In this document: piece by piece, positions 20,258-29,723 of the stretch
Layout: each line of letters starts with the position of its first letter
How positions within the stretch are numbered: position 1 is the first letter of the stretch
Assembly: GCA_964605525.1 (NCBI GenBank)
Contig: CAZSCV010000002.1
Location: forward strand, 69,888 to 133,887
Origin: an uncultured Bdellovibrionales bacterium
Lineage (GTDB): Bacteria; Patescibacteriota; Minisyncoccia; Moranbacterales; UBA9337
Length of the DNA stretch: 64,000 bases
Direction: 5' to 3'
Notes under the pieces: generated by a model
Seen by the model: only the letters and a program-made list of their open reading frames with translations
What the model was told of the DNA's origin: nothing
Databases searched by the model: none
Made by a program: the position numbers and the translations under genes

Positions 20258-20419
20258 ATGGCAAAGACAAAGGAAAATCTGGTTAAATTCAAATGCAATG
20301 AGTGCAAAAAAATAACTCATTATTCTAATCGTAACAAAAAGAAATTGAAAGAGAAATTGGAAATGAAAAAATATTGCAAATTCTGCAAAAAGCATACTCT
20401 GCACAAGGAAGCGAAATAA
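20258..20419 (+). CDS. rpmG: 50S ribosomal protein L33 (53 aa, not in ORF track)
   Basis: MAKTKENLVKFKCNECKKITHYSNRNKKKLKEKLEMKKYCKFCKKHTLHKEAK. Confidence 0.97.
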   Translation: MAKTKENLVKFKCNECKKITHYSNRNKKKLKEKLEMKKYCKFCKKHTLHKEAK

Positions 20420-20449
20420 TTTGACAAAAGTCCGCCCTGGCGGACAAAG

Positions 20450-20520
20450 GCGGGTGTCGTACAGTGGCAGTACGTTGGTCTCCAAAACCAATAACGGGAG
20501 TTCGATTCTCTCCACCCGTG
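20450..20520 (+). tRNA. tRNA-Trp(CCA)
   Basis: Acceptor GCGGGTG/CACCCGT, TTGGT-CTCCAAA-ACCAA, GAGTTCGATTCTC. Confidence 0.96.
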
Positions 20521-20578
20521 CATATCAATTAAAAAACGCTTGAATAAGGCGTTTTTTACGTTTTTGCTGTAGGTTTAT

Positions 20579-20607
20579 TTGACACACAATGATTTTTATG
20601 CTATCAT
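20579..20607 (+). promoter_or_regulatory. sigma70 promoter of module 1
   Basis: TTGACA-17 bp-TATCAT with TGn. Confidence 0.75.
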
Positions 20608-20687
20608 AAGTAGTTATTGAGGAATAACCCTCAATACAATCCTCAGCGATCGAGGGATCACTCTCGACGCAAAAAAGGAGGCCAGTT

Positions 20688-21122
20688 ATGGCAAATTTAG
20701 TTCTTATTGGTAAAGAAGGACAAATCAAGGCAAAGTTATCCTGCTCTGCATCCTTGCCTCCGGACTTCAAAGTTCCGGAAGGCTGCATTTTAAGCTGGGA
20801 TGATCAGCCGCATCGTGCCGAAGGATGGTATAAGGGCAACCAGAATCGTGGTCCGGAAATCATCAAGCACAGGAGTGCAAGCGCAGTACTGAGGAACTAC
20901 CATCCTACAGTTCATATTCGAATCGAGAGTTCGGATGCCAGAGATCTGTTTGAGCTGATTGAGATCGTATGGCTGCACATTGGCGGAACAGTTATCCCTG
21001 CCAGATGGCCAGCCGAGAGAGATCAATCGTTTATCGCTGGCGTTCAGGGTGATTGCAGGCGATTGAAGGATGGGATTGTTCGGGTCAAACAAGTCATTGG
21101 AATGAAACTCGCCTCTCTCTAG
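20688..21122 (+). CDS. Hypothetical protein (module 1 cargo)
   Basis: 144-aa ORF with AAGGAGG SD, own promoter, two downstream hairpin+T terminators (about 21154-21190 and 21205-21244). Confidence 0.75.
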   Translation: MANLVLIGKEGQIKAKLSCSASLPPDFKVPEGCILSWDDQPHRAEGWYKGNQNRGPEIIKHRSASAVLRNYHPTVHIRIESSDARDLFELIEIVWLHIGGTVIPARWPAERDQSFIAGVQGDCRRLKDGIVRVKQVIGMKLASL

Positions 21123-21241
21123 GGGGGGGTGGCATAAGCTAATGATGCAAACGAAAGGGTTCTCTAGCCGAGCTAGTTGATCCCTTTTTTGTTTATTGAA
21201 TGATGGGCCAGTGATTTACAACAGACCATCACTGGTCTTTT

Positions 21242-21336
21242 TTATTTCATCAAAACCATCGCTCTCTCCAATCTAATTTCAATCACATCCCAATTCTCCA
21301 ATATATTGGTTCGAAGCGTGTACCCTAGTCTGTGCA
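21242..21336 (-). repeat. att-like repeat 1 (orphan recombinase-like C-terminal tail plus core)
   Basis: Minus strand reads HRLGYTLRTNILENWDVIEIRLERAMVLMK*; near-identical to 31790-31884. Confidence 0.85.
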
Positions 21337-21601
21337 AAATAAAGCAGTTTTCTTTACGGAGGCTGTTTTTTTTGTCAGAAAATCTTTTTTAGCGTAACTT
21401 CTTTTTCTTCCATAGCGTTAATTGAGTTAACCCTCCAGTTTACCAGAAAAAGGGGCTTCGGGGTTTGAATTCGGGCCATGGCTGAGGGCTGGACATTTTT
21501 ATTTATTTGTGCAATAATCAAATGTTGCCAAATGATTGGCATCCCTTGAATGCAGGTGGCATTCACAGTTCCTAAAACCCTAAAATGGGAAAGGAGATGC
21601 T

Positions 21602-22915
21602 ATGAAAACGAAAGGGGAAAAAGATGGCTTGTTGGGAGGTGCAATGGCTTTCTATCATGATAAGGGCTTTGTTCCTGCATTTAAGCAAGCAATGCGATAT
21701 GCTGCAGGACGTGCTGGCCGAGTTGGGACTATGCTGGACTGGGTGGATGCACGATTAGCAATACCGCCGTACGAAAAACTGGGCATGCATGACACATCAA
21801 ATCCAACTCCTTGGGATCAGTACTACACAACCATGTCTGCTGAGTATGTTGGTATCAGCAAGGGTGGAACCAAAATCTTGATCGTTGCTCATGGTATCGG
21901 ACCAATGGCAACACTTGATGGTGTCGTCGAAGCATATCGATATCATTATAATGATAAGACACGCCGGACTGAGGGTGGCCGTATTTCAGTGGAGGAGTTC
22001 CGGAAGCTTGAGAGTGGCATCTATGGTGACGTGGTGATTGTCGATCTTGAAGAGTATGTATTTGAGCGTGAGTATCCGTTCATTGCAACTCTCCACTATT
22101 TTGATGCACTGGATGACTCAGTGCTTAAGGCTCGCCTTGGCTCAAGGGCTGATGAGTACATTGAGCAACATGCAAATTATGCAAGGAAATACCATCTGGA
22201 TGCTCATCAGCGTATGATTATAGATCCCTACATTATAGGGAACGAAGGACCGGGAATGTACTGGGTCAAAAATACCAAGCCCGAAGATGGTCTTGCATAT
22301 GCTCATCTTCTGAGCGTCGGTGCGATTACGAATTTACATGTCAGCCAAAGCGAGCATCGGGTCCCCAGCTGGGTGTCTGATGTGAACACACATGGTTGGT
22401 ATGACGGTACTCGCCTGATTGGTATTCCTGAGGGTAAGCTTGCATCTATCGGCAAAGGCCCTGATGCATATCGCCTGCTGCGCAAGCACTGGCAAGAGCT
22501 TTTTGAGCCGAGTGGTCTCAACCGCTCACCCGATGGGCTCTTCGTTCTGATGCAAATGCCGGACAAGACGTGGTTCACGCAGTTCCAGAAGAAGGGAGCT
22601 AGCGCTGACAGCTACGAACCGGAATTCCGTGTGACGTCGATGGAGAAGGTGGGGGAACTTGCTCGGTTTTACACCGAGTCGAACTATCCCGTCCCGATCT
22701 TCCGATACGACATCCGCGAGGCGCAGGCTGTGCTTTCCAAAGAAACCAATGCTTACGAACTCGTTGGTGATCCGACCAAGACAGGTGGTGCTGATAGTCA
22801 GGAGACCTGTCTCGTGCAGGGCTATCGCATCGAAATTGACCATACGCAACGGCTTATGCGACAAGAAGTATTGGCCAATAATTACGAAAAGATGATGCAG
22901 CTTCACGAGAAGTAA
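21602..22915 (+). CDS. Hypothetical protein, 437 aa (module 2 cargo)
   Basis: Long ORF, AAGGAG SD, GC-richer than host, own terminator; no family recognised. Confidence 0.85.
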   Translation: MKTKGEKDGLLGGAMAFYHDKGFVPAFKQAMRYAAGRAGRVGTMLDWVDARLAIPPYEKLGMHDTSNPTPWDQYYTTMSAEYVGISKGGTKILIVAHGIGPMATLDGVVEAYRYHYNDKTRRTEGGRISVEEFRKLESGIYGDVVIVDLEEYVFEREYPFIATLHYFDALDDSVLKARLGSRADEYIEQHANYARKYHLDAHQRMIIDPYIIGNEGPGMYWVKNTKPEDGLAYAHLLSVGAITNLHVSQSEHRVPSWVSDVNTHGWYDGTRLIGIPEGKLASIGKGPDAYRLLRKHWQELFEPSGLNRSPDGLFVLMQMPDKTWFTQFQKKGASADSYEPEFRVTSMEKVGELARFYTESNYPVPIFRYDIREAQAVLSKETNAYELVGDPTKTGGADSQETCLVQGYRIEIDHTQRLMRQEVLANNYEKMMQLHEK

Positions 22916-22933
22916 AAGCATCGAAATCCTGCG

Positions 22934-22975
22934 GAGCCGCACCCACAGCAATATGTGGGTCGCGGCTCTTTTTTA
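22934..22975 (+). terminator. Intrinsic terminator
   Basis: GAGCCGCACCCACA...TGTGGGTCGCGGCTC followed by a T run. Confidence 0.85.
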
Positions 22976-23066
22976 TTTCATCAAAATTCTTACTTGCTCT
23001 AATTTTGCCTTAACACTTTCCCAATTTTCCACCATTAAAGTTCGAAGTATATACCTTCTCCTGTGC
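22973..23066 (-). repeat. att-like repeat 2
   Basis: Same 94-nt span as repeats 1 and 4; minus strand reads HRRRYILRTLMVENWESVKAKLEQVRILMK*. Confidence 0.8.
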
Positions 23067-23233
23067 TGATGAAAAACGAGGCTTATTTGAGCTTTGTTTT
23101 TGTTTGGGGACTGGACATGATAACTTCTTTTAGTGTCTACCAACGCGCATTGAATAAAGGCAGGAACTATGTTAGTATCGAGGTGGATTATAAATTAATT
23201 CACCTTGTTTTTATTAGATTAAAAAAATGCAAT

Positions 23234-23770
23234 ATGACAAACAAATTAGAAAAATGGGAGGAAATTTCCAGAGAGGAAATTTTTAGTAAATATGGGAGAG
23301 GCATTGAAAAAGTTGATTTCAAATTGCCAAATGGAGAAATCACTGATTTCTATATCAAAAAGGAAAGTGTTTTCGTGGCTACCCTAGCGATAACCAAAGA
23401 TGAAAAAATCATTCTTGTTAAGCAATTCAGACCAGGACCAAAAGAAATTCTTACTGAATTGCCTGGTGGTTATGTTGACAAAGGCGAGATTCCGAAGCAA
23501 GCGGCAGAAAGAGAACTTTTAGAAGAGACTGGGTATAAGGGAAGCGCAGAATTTGTAACATCTATCATTGGCGACGGTTATTCTACGATGGAAAAAAATT
23601 GTGTCGTGGTGACTGATTGTGAGAAAGTTTCCGAACAAAAACTTGAAGAAAATGAATTTACTGAAGTTGTGTTGATGTCAATTGCAGAATTTAGAGAATT
23701 GCTTAGAAGTGGAAAAAGCTCAGATGTTGAAGTCGGATATCTTGGTTTGGATTACTTAGGATTATTGTAG
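23234..23770 (+). CDS. NUDIX hydrolase (ADP-ribose pyrophosphatase-like; module 3 cargo)
   Basis: Nudix box GGYVDKGEIPKQAAERELLEETGY preceded by LVKQFRP...ELP. Confidence 0.93.
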   Translation: MTNKLEKWEEISREEIFSKYGRGIEKVDFKLPNGEITDFYIKKESVFVATLAITKDEKIILVKQFRPGPKEILTELPGGYVDKGEIPKQAAERELLEETGYKGSAEFVTSIIGDGYSTMEKNCVVVTDCEKVSEQKLEENEFTEVVLMSIAEFRELLRSGKSSDVEVGYLGLDYLGLL

Positions 23771-23803
23771 ATAAAAAAATAGTGAGCAGGAGAGTGGGGT
23801 AAT

Positions 23804-23889
23804 TTATATTTGCTGGCTTAAGTCTGGAATATAAATATATTCCTTTCTTTTCATAAAAATAGTTCTAACGTCCTTTACTACCCCGTGCA
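23804..23889 (-). repeat. att-like repeat 3 (different tail subtype)
   Basis: Ends CCCGTGCATAT, an 11-nt match to the tRNA-Trp 3' end; minus strand reads HGVVKDVRTIFMKRKEYIYIPDLSQQI*, with H and RT in the same register as the other tails. Confidence 0.75.
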
Positions 23890-23967
23890 TATAAAACAAG
23901 GCTTATTTGCTAGAGTCTTGTTTTCGTGTCTTGTGGATTGGGGTTAGAATTGTGATATAATGGGCAT

Positions 23968-24036
23968 ATGAAAATAAATAAATTGACTCCGGAAGAAAAA
24001 AGAATAATTATCGACGCGGTAGCTACCTATGAGTAA
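23968..24036 (+). pseudogene. Possible 5' fragment of an MsrB-like gene
   Basis: MKINKLTPEEKRIIID resembles MsrB N-termini, then diverges and stops; TATAAT just upstream. Confidence 0.35.
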
Positions 24037-24231
24037 AATTGGATTAGGTCTATAAAGTGGTTTAACAACGGGGATGGGCGGGTGTAAGATATTAGTATAA
24101 TCTAAATTATACTAATCTGAATTATAGATATTATAAAAATACTAAGAATTCAGGAATTTCAGCCAAAGACTGATCCGCCTATGGCGGAAATTCAGTAATA
24201 AGTTCAGTAATAAACTTATTAAAACAAAAAA

Positions 24232-24452
24232 ATGCCAAGAAGAAAATCGGAAGATAATAATATCAGGAAATTGACCAAATCCGGCAACGGGTCAATTGGG
24301 CTAACGCTTCCGATTGAAGTTGTTCGCGAACTTGGTTGGAAAGAAAAGCAGAAAGTTTACCCCGTAGTCAGCCCCGATGTACTACTGGGGTGGTAGTCAA
24401 ACGAGTCCGTGGAGGCGTGCTGGTTAAGGACTGGAAAAATAAGATTTTATAA
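24232..24452 (+). pseudogene. AbrB/MazE-like small DNA-binding protein frameshifted by a 35-bp palindromic insertion
   Basis: Removing 24356-24390 restores MPRRKSEDNNIRKLTKSGNGSIGLTLPIEVVRELGWKEKQKVVVKRVRGGVLVKDWKNKIL*. Confidence 0.75.
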
Positions 24453-24457
24453 AAACT

Positions 24458-24530
24458 ATGGCAAGCGAAAAGAAAATTGAGGCTTTTGAAAAAACCCTTT
24501 TTAAGGTGGCAGATAAATTGCGAAAAAAAT
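24458..24530 (+). pseudogene. 5' remnant of type I R-M methyltransferase HsdM
   Basis: MASEKKIEAFEKTLFKVADKLRK matches the HsdM N-terminal L-(W/F)-x-A-A-D-x-L-R pattern, then breaks off. Confidence 0.55.
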
Positions 24531-24539
24531 ATAAATATT

Positions 24540-25958
24540 ATGGATATAAGCGAAATTAAAAAAATAATTAATAGGGCTTTCGATGCTCGTTCAGAGCTAA
24601 GCGGAATAGAATTTAAAGATGCGCGCGGTGGATTTCCAGCAGACCCAACGGCAAAAACTCTTTCTGCTTTTGGCAATACGAAAGGTGGCGTTATTGTATT
24701 TGGCGCGTTGGAACATAAAGATCGTTCTTTGGAAATTGTTGGCACGCAAAATTCTGCAGTACTACAAGAGCGTATGGCACAGTTGTCATCTGAAGGCATG
24801 AGTGAAGTATTGCGTCTGGAATATCAAATCCTTTCTATGGAAGGAAAAACAGTTTTGGCAGTAGTTGTTCCGGAATGCCGTAGTCATGTTAAGCCATATT
24901 ATGTAAAAAAATTTGGTATGGATAGAGGTGCATTTGTGCGTGACGGTATTACGGATCGTCAGATGACAGCCGAGGAAGTGCGAAGTTGCGTGCGTAATGC
25001 GCAAGTTGATGATTTTGATGGAAATTGTGCGGATAATCTAATCAAAGAAGATCTATCGATTATAAAAATTGAAAATTTTCTCAAAAAAAGTGCAAAAAAG
25101 GTTGGACGTATTTTTGATAGTGTTGACGATGTGCTTCTTAAAAATATCGGCGTGGCACGTGAATGTGGTGGTGTTTTACGCCCAACAATTGCAGGTTATC
25201 TTATTTTTGCAAATCAAAATCCGCAAAACACTCTTCAGTTTGAGCGTTATAAGATTAGATGTGTCAGATTTAAGGGATCAGGAGTAGCGAGTGATATTAT
25301 TGATAAAGCAGATATCGTTGGCACACTGGATGAACAGATTGATGTTATGGAATCTTTTGTATTACGCAATATTAAAAATAGTGCTGAAATTGTAGGCACT
25401 AAACGAGTTGAGAGATATGAATATCCGGAAAAAGCAGTTCGCGAGATTTTGGCTAATGCTGTTATTCATAGGGATTATCGTATCACAGAAACATATACGC
25501 AAGTCAATATTTTTGACGATCGTATAGAAGTATTTAATCCAGGGAACTTGCCTCCGGGTGTAACAGTGGAAAATATTAAGGATGCGCAAGAGAGTCGCAA
25601 TCGCATCATAGCAGCTCGTCTTAATGAAATGGACTATCTTGAAGAATATGGTCGTGGTATCGATATAGTTTTTACATTGATGTCAGCATGGGGATTGTTG
25701 CCGCCAATTTTCAAAAACTCATCAAATAGCTTTAAGGTTGTCCTACCAGGTGAAAGATTGAGTAAATTAAATGATCGTCAGATTAAAATTTGGCAATATT
25801 TGATGGACAACAATAGATTAAATCGTAAGGATGTTGAAAAGATATTACCAGATACCCCCGTGGAAACTATCAAATATGATTTACGAAAAATGAAGGATAT
25901 GGGTCTTATTGGCCAACGAGGCGAATCTATTAACACATATTATGAGGCAGCCTTTTAG
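24540..25958 (+). CDS. Schlafen/AlbA_2 + HATPase_c_4 + wHTH protein (RecG-C-like ATP-binding regulator)
   Basis: IEFK, SAFGNTKGGVIVFG, EYPEKAVREILANAVIHRDY, DRIEVFNPG, SRNRIIA, EEYGRGI. Confidence 0.9.
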   Translation: MDISEIKKIINRAFDARSELSGIEFKDARGGFPADPTAKTLSAFGNTKGGVIVFGALEHKDRSLEIVGTQNSAVLQERMAQLSSEGMSEVLRLEYQILSMEGKTVLAVVVPECRSHVKPYYVKKFGMDRGAFVRDGITDRQMTAEEVRSCVRNAQVDDFDGNCADNLIKEDLSIIKIENFLKKSAKKVGRIFDSVDDVLLKNIGVARECGGVLRPTIAGYLIFANQNPQNTLQFERYKIRCVRFKGSGVASDIIDKADIVGTLDEQIDVMESFVLRNIKNSAEIVGTKRVERYEYPEKAVREILANAVIHRDYRITETYTQVNIFDDRIEVFNPGNLPPGVTVENIKDAQESRNRIIAARLNEMDYLEEYGRGIDIVFTLMSAWGLLPPIFKNSSNSFKVVLPGERLSKLNDRQIKIWQYLMDNNRLNRKDVEKILPDTPVETIKYDLRKMKDMGLIGQRGESINTYYEAAF

Positions 25959-26075
25959 AGGAATTAACCGCAATTAACCGTAATAGTAAAAAATGGCTTA
26001 GGGAGGGGGAGGGGGAGGGTGTATAATGCCTAAAGGAATTAACCGCAATTAACCGTAATAGTAAAAAATAGCTTA
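25959..26075 (+). repeat. Two 42-bp direct repeats around a 33-bp G-tract spacer
   Basis: AGGAATTAACCGCAATTAACCGTAATAGTAAAAAAT(G/A)GCTTA at 25959 and 26034. Confidence 0.9.
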
Positions 26076-26424
26076 AAATAAGGATTTTAAGGGTATGGAG
26101 TTTTAGACGAAATTAGACGAATTAAACGCAATGTCGAAAAAGGCTTAAATAAAAGACTTATGATCGTGTAGCCTTTTAAATTAAAGAATCTTAAAGGAAA
26201 CATTGGAGATTGGGGAAAGGGAGAAATATGAAAAGAAGATTGGGGTGGCCAAAAAAGAGGGTCGGAAATGCCGGTCTTTTGGATATAATCGCAATCATCT
26301 GACTGGATTACAAACTGGAATTGCTGCGAAGTTGCCCTTGCGATGCTCATTTGAGAAAGTGTTGAGTAATCAGTTGCTTGATGGTATTATATAAATATAA
26401 TAACATCCCTTAATTTCAACAAAT

Positions 26425-27447
26425 ATGGAACGAAAAGACATTATTAAAAAAATTGAGACATTGCGAAGCTCAAAGGTGATAACCTACGCAACCAGTGATC
26501 GGCAAGGTCCAGTCAATGCTCGGGTGGCGATGGATATTATTCCGATTATCAGCTCGCAACTGCGAAAGATTGGGAAGCAAGAAAAGATTGATTTGGTGCT
26601 GTATAGCGCAGGAGGCGACACCATGGTGCCATGGCGCTTGGTTTCGATGATTCGCGAGTATTGCGACCAGTTTTCTGTAATAATCCCATATAAAGCCCAT
26701 AGTGCGGCCACTATGATTTCTTTGGGAGCGGATGAAATTGTGATGAGCGATATGAGCGAGCTTTCACCGATTGATCCGTCCACAGCCAATGTTTTCAATC
26801 CGATTGACCCGCAAAATCCGCAAAAACGCATCCCGATTTCCGTGGAAGAAGTGATGAGCTATTTTGATTTGGCAAAAAACAAGTTTGGAATCAAGAGCGA
26901 TGAGGAACTGACCAAGATTTTCAACAAGTTTGTGGAAAGCACACCATCCATCCATCCTTTGGCTTTGGGTAATGTTAATCGAACACACAATCTGATTAAA
27001 ATCCTAGCGAAAAGATTACTTAAGAGCCATAAGGAGTCGATGAAAGAGGATGAGGTGGAAAAAGTGATTGAATTCCTGACGGAAAAATTATATTCACATC
27101 AATACTACATTGGAAGAAAAGAAGCCAAGGAAGATCTCGGCATTAAGTCTGTGGTTTTTGCTGGCCAAGATCTTTCTGATCTGATGACGGATATTTATGA
27201 AGAGTATGAAAAGGAAATGAATATGCGAAAAATGTGGAATCCGGAGAATGAAATCGGCGGCAATGCAGAAACTAGAAAAGAATATAAAATCGCATTCGTC
27301 GAAAGCGCGGAAACGAGCAATCATTTTGGAATCAATATGGAATTTAAAAAAGTCCAACAAAACATCCCACAACAAACTCCGCAAGGAATCATTCAAATTC
27401 CACAGGAGCAAATTGTTTGGAGAATGATTGGACAGGGGTGGAAATAA
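26425..27447 (+). CDS. SDH-family ClpP-fold serine protease
   Basis: IDLVLYSAGGD, IPYKAHSAATMISLGADEIVM, LSPIDP, YSHQYYI. Confidence 0.88.
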   Translation: MERKDIIKKIETLRSSKVITYATSDRQGPVNARVAMDIIPIISSQLRKIGKQEKIDLVLYSAGGDTMVPWRLVSMIREYCDQFSVIIPYKAHSAATMISLGADEIVMSDMSELSPIDPSTANVFNPIDPQNPQKRIPISVEEVMSYFDLAKNKFGIKSDEELTKIFNKFVESTPSIHPLALGNVNRTHNLIKILAKRLLKSHKESMKEDEVEKVIEFLTEKLYSHQYYIGRKEAKEDLGIKSVVFAGQDLSDLMTDIYEEYEKEMNMRKMWNPENEIGGNAETRKEYKIAFVESAETSNHFGINMEFKKVQQNIPQQTPQGIIQIPQEQIVWRMIGQGWK

Positions 27448-27448
27448 A

Positions 27449-27733
27449 ATGAAAAATTTAATCAACATAGAAATCAAAGATTCATTCAACAAGAAGGATC
27501 ACTCATACAAAAAAGATGAAGATATTTCCAATCATGTCTCCACGCTAAATGATACAAAAAACATTTTGGAAACTTATTCTGCTAGTGTGGGATCGATTAC
27601 GGGACATCATTTTGATGGAAGTATAAATATTGTAAAAAATCAAGGAAAAGGAATTTGGAGAGAAATTATTATTGGAACTACCAGTGCAGTTCTTGGTGCA
27701 GTTATAAGTTATTTCATTTTTGGAATTAAGTAA
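27449..27733 (+). CDS. Hypothetical protein with C-terminal TM
   Basis: ATG 1 nt after the upstream stop; hydrophobic C-terminus. Confidence 0.6.
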   Translation: MKNLINIEIKDSFNKKDHSYKKDEDISNHVSTLNDTKNILETYSASVGSITGHHFDGSINIVKNQGKGIWREIIIGTTSAVLGAVISYFIFGIK

Positions 27734-27739
27734 TAAAAT

Positions 27740-28429
27740 ATGAAGAAGTATAAAATTGATATTTATGTATTGTTGCCTGCAATAGCATTCTTGGTGGGTT
27801 GGTTTTTAAAAGGGCTCATAAATTTCAATATAATCAAATTACTAAATTCAAATTTTTTTGTTGCTCTTATCACTGCAATAGTGGGCTATACTGCTATCCA
27901 TTTGTATAAAAAACAGCAAGCAGATAATAAGAAAAATGCTGCAAGACTTATCATACAGGAAATAAGATATGCGGAACAACAAATACGAAATGCAAAAATG
28001 TTGACGCCTGCAGTAGAAACCAATTATTATTTGGCATTAAAATTATTACCAACAAATAGCTGGCATAAAAACATACATTTATTTGTTGAGGATTTGCAAG
28101 AAGAAAATCAACTTGATCTCGTTAGTCAATTTTACTCCCAAGCAGCTTATCTGGATAGCGTAATTGAAATAATTTCCAACGAAAAAAACAAGACATGGAA
28201 TGTTGTAAAATCCTCACTTCTTGCAAATGAAAAAGGTCAAATGCAAATAGCAATGGGGCTTATCCTTCCCTCTGGACATAGTACATTAGACGCTTCAAAT
28301 GAAAATTTTAAAATTGAATTAAAGCTTCAGGCCAATCAAATTTTATCTGATGTTACAGGCAAAATAGAGTTTATATATAATTCTTCTGCTGTGGATAAAT
28401 TAAGATCTATTGCTAAAGGTAAGTTGTAA
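27740..28429 (+). CDS. Hypothetical protein with two N-terminal TM segments
   Basis: 229-aa ORF, operon-like spacing. Confidence 0.75.
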   Translation: MKKYKIDIYVLLPAIAFLVGWFLKGLINFNIIKLLNSNFFVALITAIVGYTAIHLYKKQQADNKKNAARLIIQEIRYAEQQIRNAKMLTPAVETNYYLALKLLPTNSWHKNIHLFVEDLQEENQLDLVSQFYSQAAYLDSVIEIISNEKNKTWNVVKSSLLANEKGQMQIAMGLILPSGHSTLDASNENFKIELKLQANQILSDVTGKIEFIYNSSAVDKLRSIAKGKL

Positions 28430-28441
28430 AAAATATTAATT

Positions 28442-29215
28442 ATGAAAAAGGACGACCAGCGATGGACACGAGAACAGACAATAGTCGCTTTTAACTTATA
28501 TTGTAAAATCCCTTTCAATAGAGTTACTTCAAGTCACCCTGAAATAATAAAAATCGCCAAAATTATCGGTCGGAGTGTAAATTCGGTAAAAATGAAAATA
28601 GGCAATTTTGGAAGTTTTGATCCAGAGCTTAAAAAAAGAGGAATTGTTGGACTTACCAATGCAAGCAAGCTGGATGAGGTTGTTTGGAATGAATTTAATA
28701 ATAATTGGGATGATTTGGCTTTCGAAAGCGAAAAAATATTAACGAGCTTTGAGGGAGGGGACATTTTGAAAAATGCACAAGCCAGTGAAGATAATTTTTG
28801 TTTTGTGGAAGGAATTGAAAAGGAAAGATTGGTAAAGACAAGGGTAAATCAAAGCTTTTTTCGCCAGACAGTTTTATCTGCGAATAATTCATCCTGTTGT
28901 ATTACTGGAATAGATATTCCAGCACTTCTTATTGCCAGTCATATAATTCCTTGGAGCAAAGCGGCCAAAGACAGGCTAAACCCACGAAACGGATTATGTC
29001 TGAATGCCCTGCATGACAAAGCTTTCGATAAAGGACTGATGACTATTACCCCTGACTTTAAAATAAAAATATCTCCAAAAATACTCGAGAACCCGAGTGC
29101 GCCAATTGAAAAATGGATAGCCAGTTTTGAAGGTAAAAATATAATAATTCCAGAAAGATTTGTGCCAACAACTCAAATACTTGAGTATCATAATAAAAAT
29201 ATTTTTCAATTATGA
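28442..29215 (+). CDS. HNH endonuclease (HNH_2, putative modification-dependent restriction enzyme)
   Basis: RVNQSFFR, CCITG, LLIASHIIPWS, NPRNGLCLNALHDKAFDKG. Confidence 0.92.
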   Translation: MKKDDQRWTREQTIVAFNLYCKIPFNRVTSSHPEIIKIAKIIGRSVNSVKMKIGNFGSFDPELKKRGIVGLTNASKLDEVVWNEFNNNWDDLAFESEKILTSFEGGDILKNAQASEDNFCFVEGIEKERLVKTRVNQSFFRQTVLSANNSSCCITGIDIPALLIASHIIPWSKAAKDRLNPRNGLCLNALHDKAFDKGLMTITPDFKIKISPKILENPSAPIEKWIASFEGKNIIIPERFVPTTQILEYHNKNIFQL

Positions 29216-29439
29216 TTGCTAAAACAACATATATTCGGCCGAATATTACGATTGAATATGAGATTATCGGATCAAGAAAGTTTTACATATATAATTACAA
29301 GGGAATCCATTATAGGGTTTTTTGTTCGTTGAAAAATTTACGAAATTTTATTACAAAGGCATGCGAAACATGGATTTTTGAATGTGGCACTGAAAATGAA
29401 TTAGAAAAATATTTATACAGCCATATCCAAGCACATTAA
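29212..29439 (+). CDS. Small hypothetical protein
   Basis: ATGA overlap with the HNH stop codon. Confidence 0.55.
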   Translation: MIAKTTYIRPNITIEYEIIGSRKFYIYNYKGIHYRVFCSLKNLRNFITKACETWIFECGTENELEKYLYSHIQAH

Positions 29440-29713
29440 AATCAAGAATTTTTTGGTTGCGATCGCGTTGGGCATGACACCAAATAAGAAATGGGACGGC
29501 TTCACTAAGGCGCACGGCGGCTATATTATTGTCAGGGAGGACGGGGAACTTGTTTGTTATCATCTCTATAATAGAGATGAGTTTCAAAATTATCTTTACA
29601 AGAATACCAAATTGGATACGCCAAGCACAACCAGACATAAATTCGGGAGTATTTATGAAGAAAACGGAGAGAAAAAAGTAAAATATAATCTGCAAATAAG
29701 GTTTATAAAATAG
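29438..29713 (+). pseudogene. C-terminal fragment of an HpaII-family restriction endonuclease
   Basis: KIKNFLVAIALGMTP..WDG...GGYIIVREDGELVCYH.YNR..F..YL...TKLDTPSTTRH.FG...NLQIRF; in-frame stop at 29402, so the N-terminus is missing. Confidence 0.8.
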
Positions 29714-29723
29714 TATTCAAATC

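Noticed and set aside
19088-20528. Minus-strand ORFs 19088, 20156, 20320, 20325
   Set aside because: Antisense to tRNAs and rpmG.
21305-21340. GGTTCGAA motifs in att repeats as extra tRNA genes
   Set aside because: No cloverleaf; spacing to GTGC is 5 nt longer than in tRNA-Trp and the minus strand reads as a coding tail.
25959-26075. Mini-CRISPR (42-33-42)
   Set aside because: Only two repeats, internally tandem rather than palindromic, low-complexity spacer, no cas genes.
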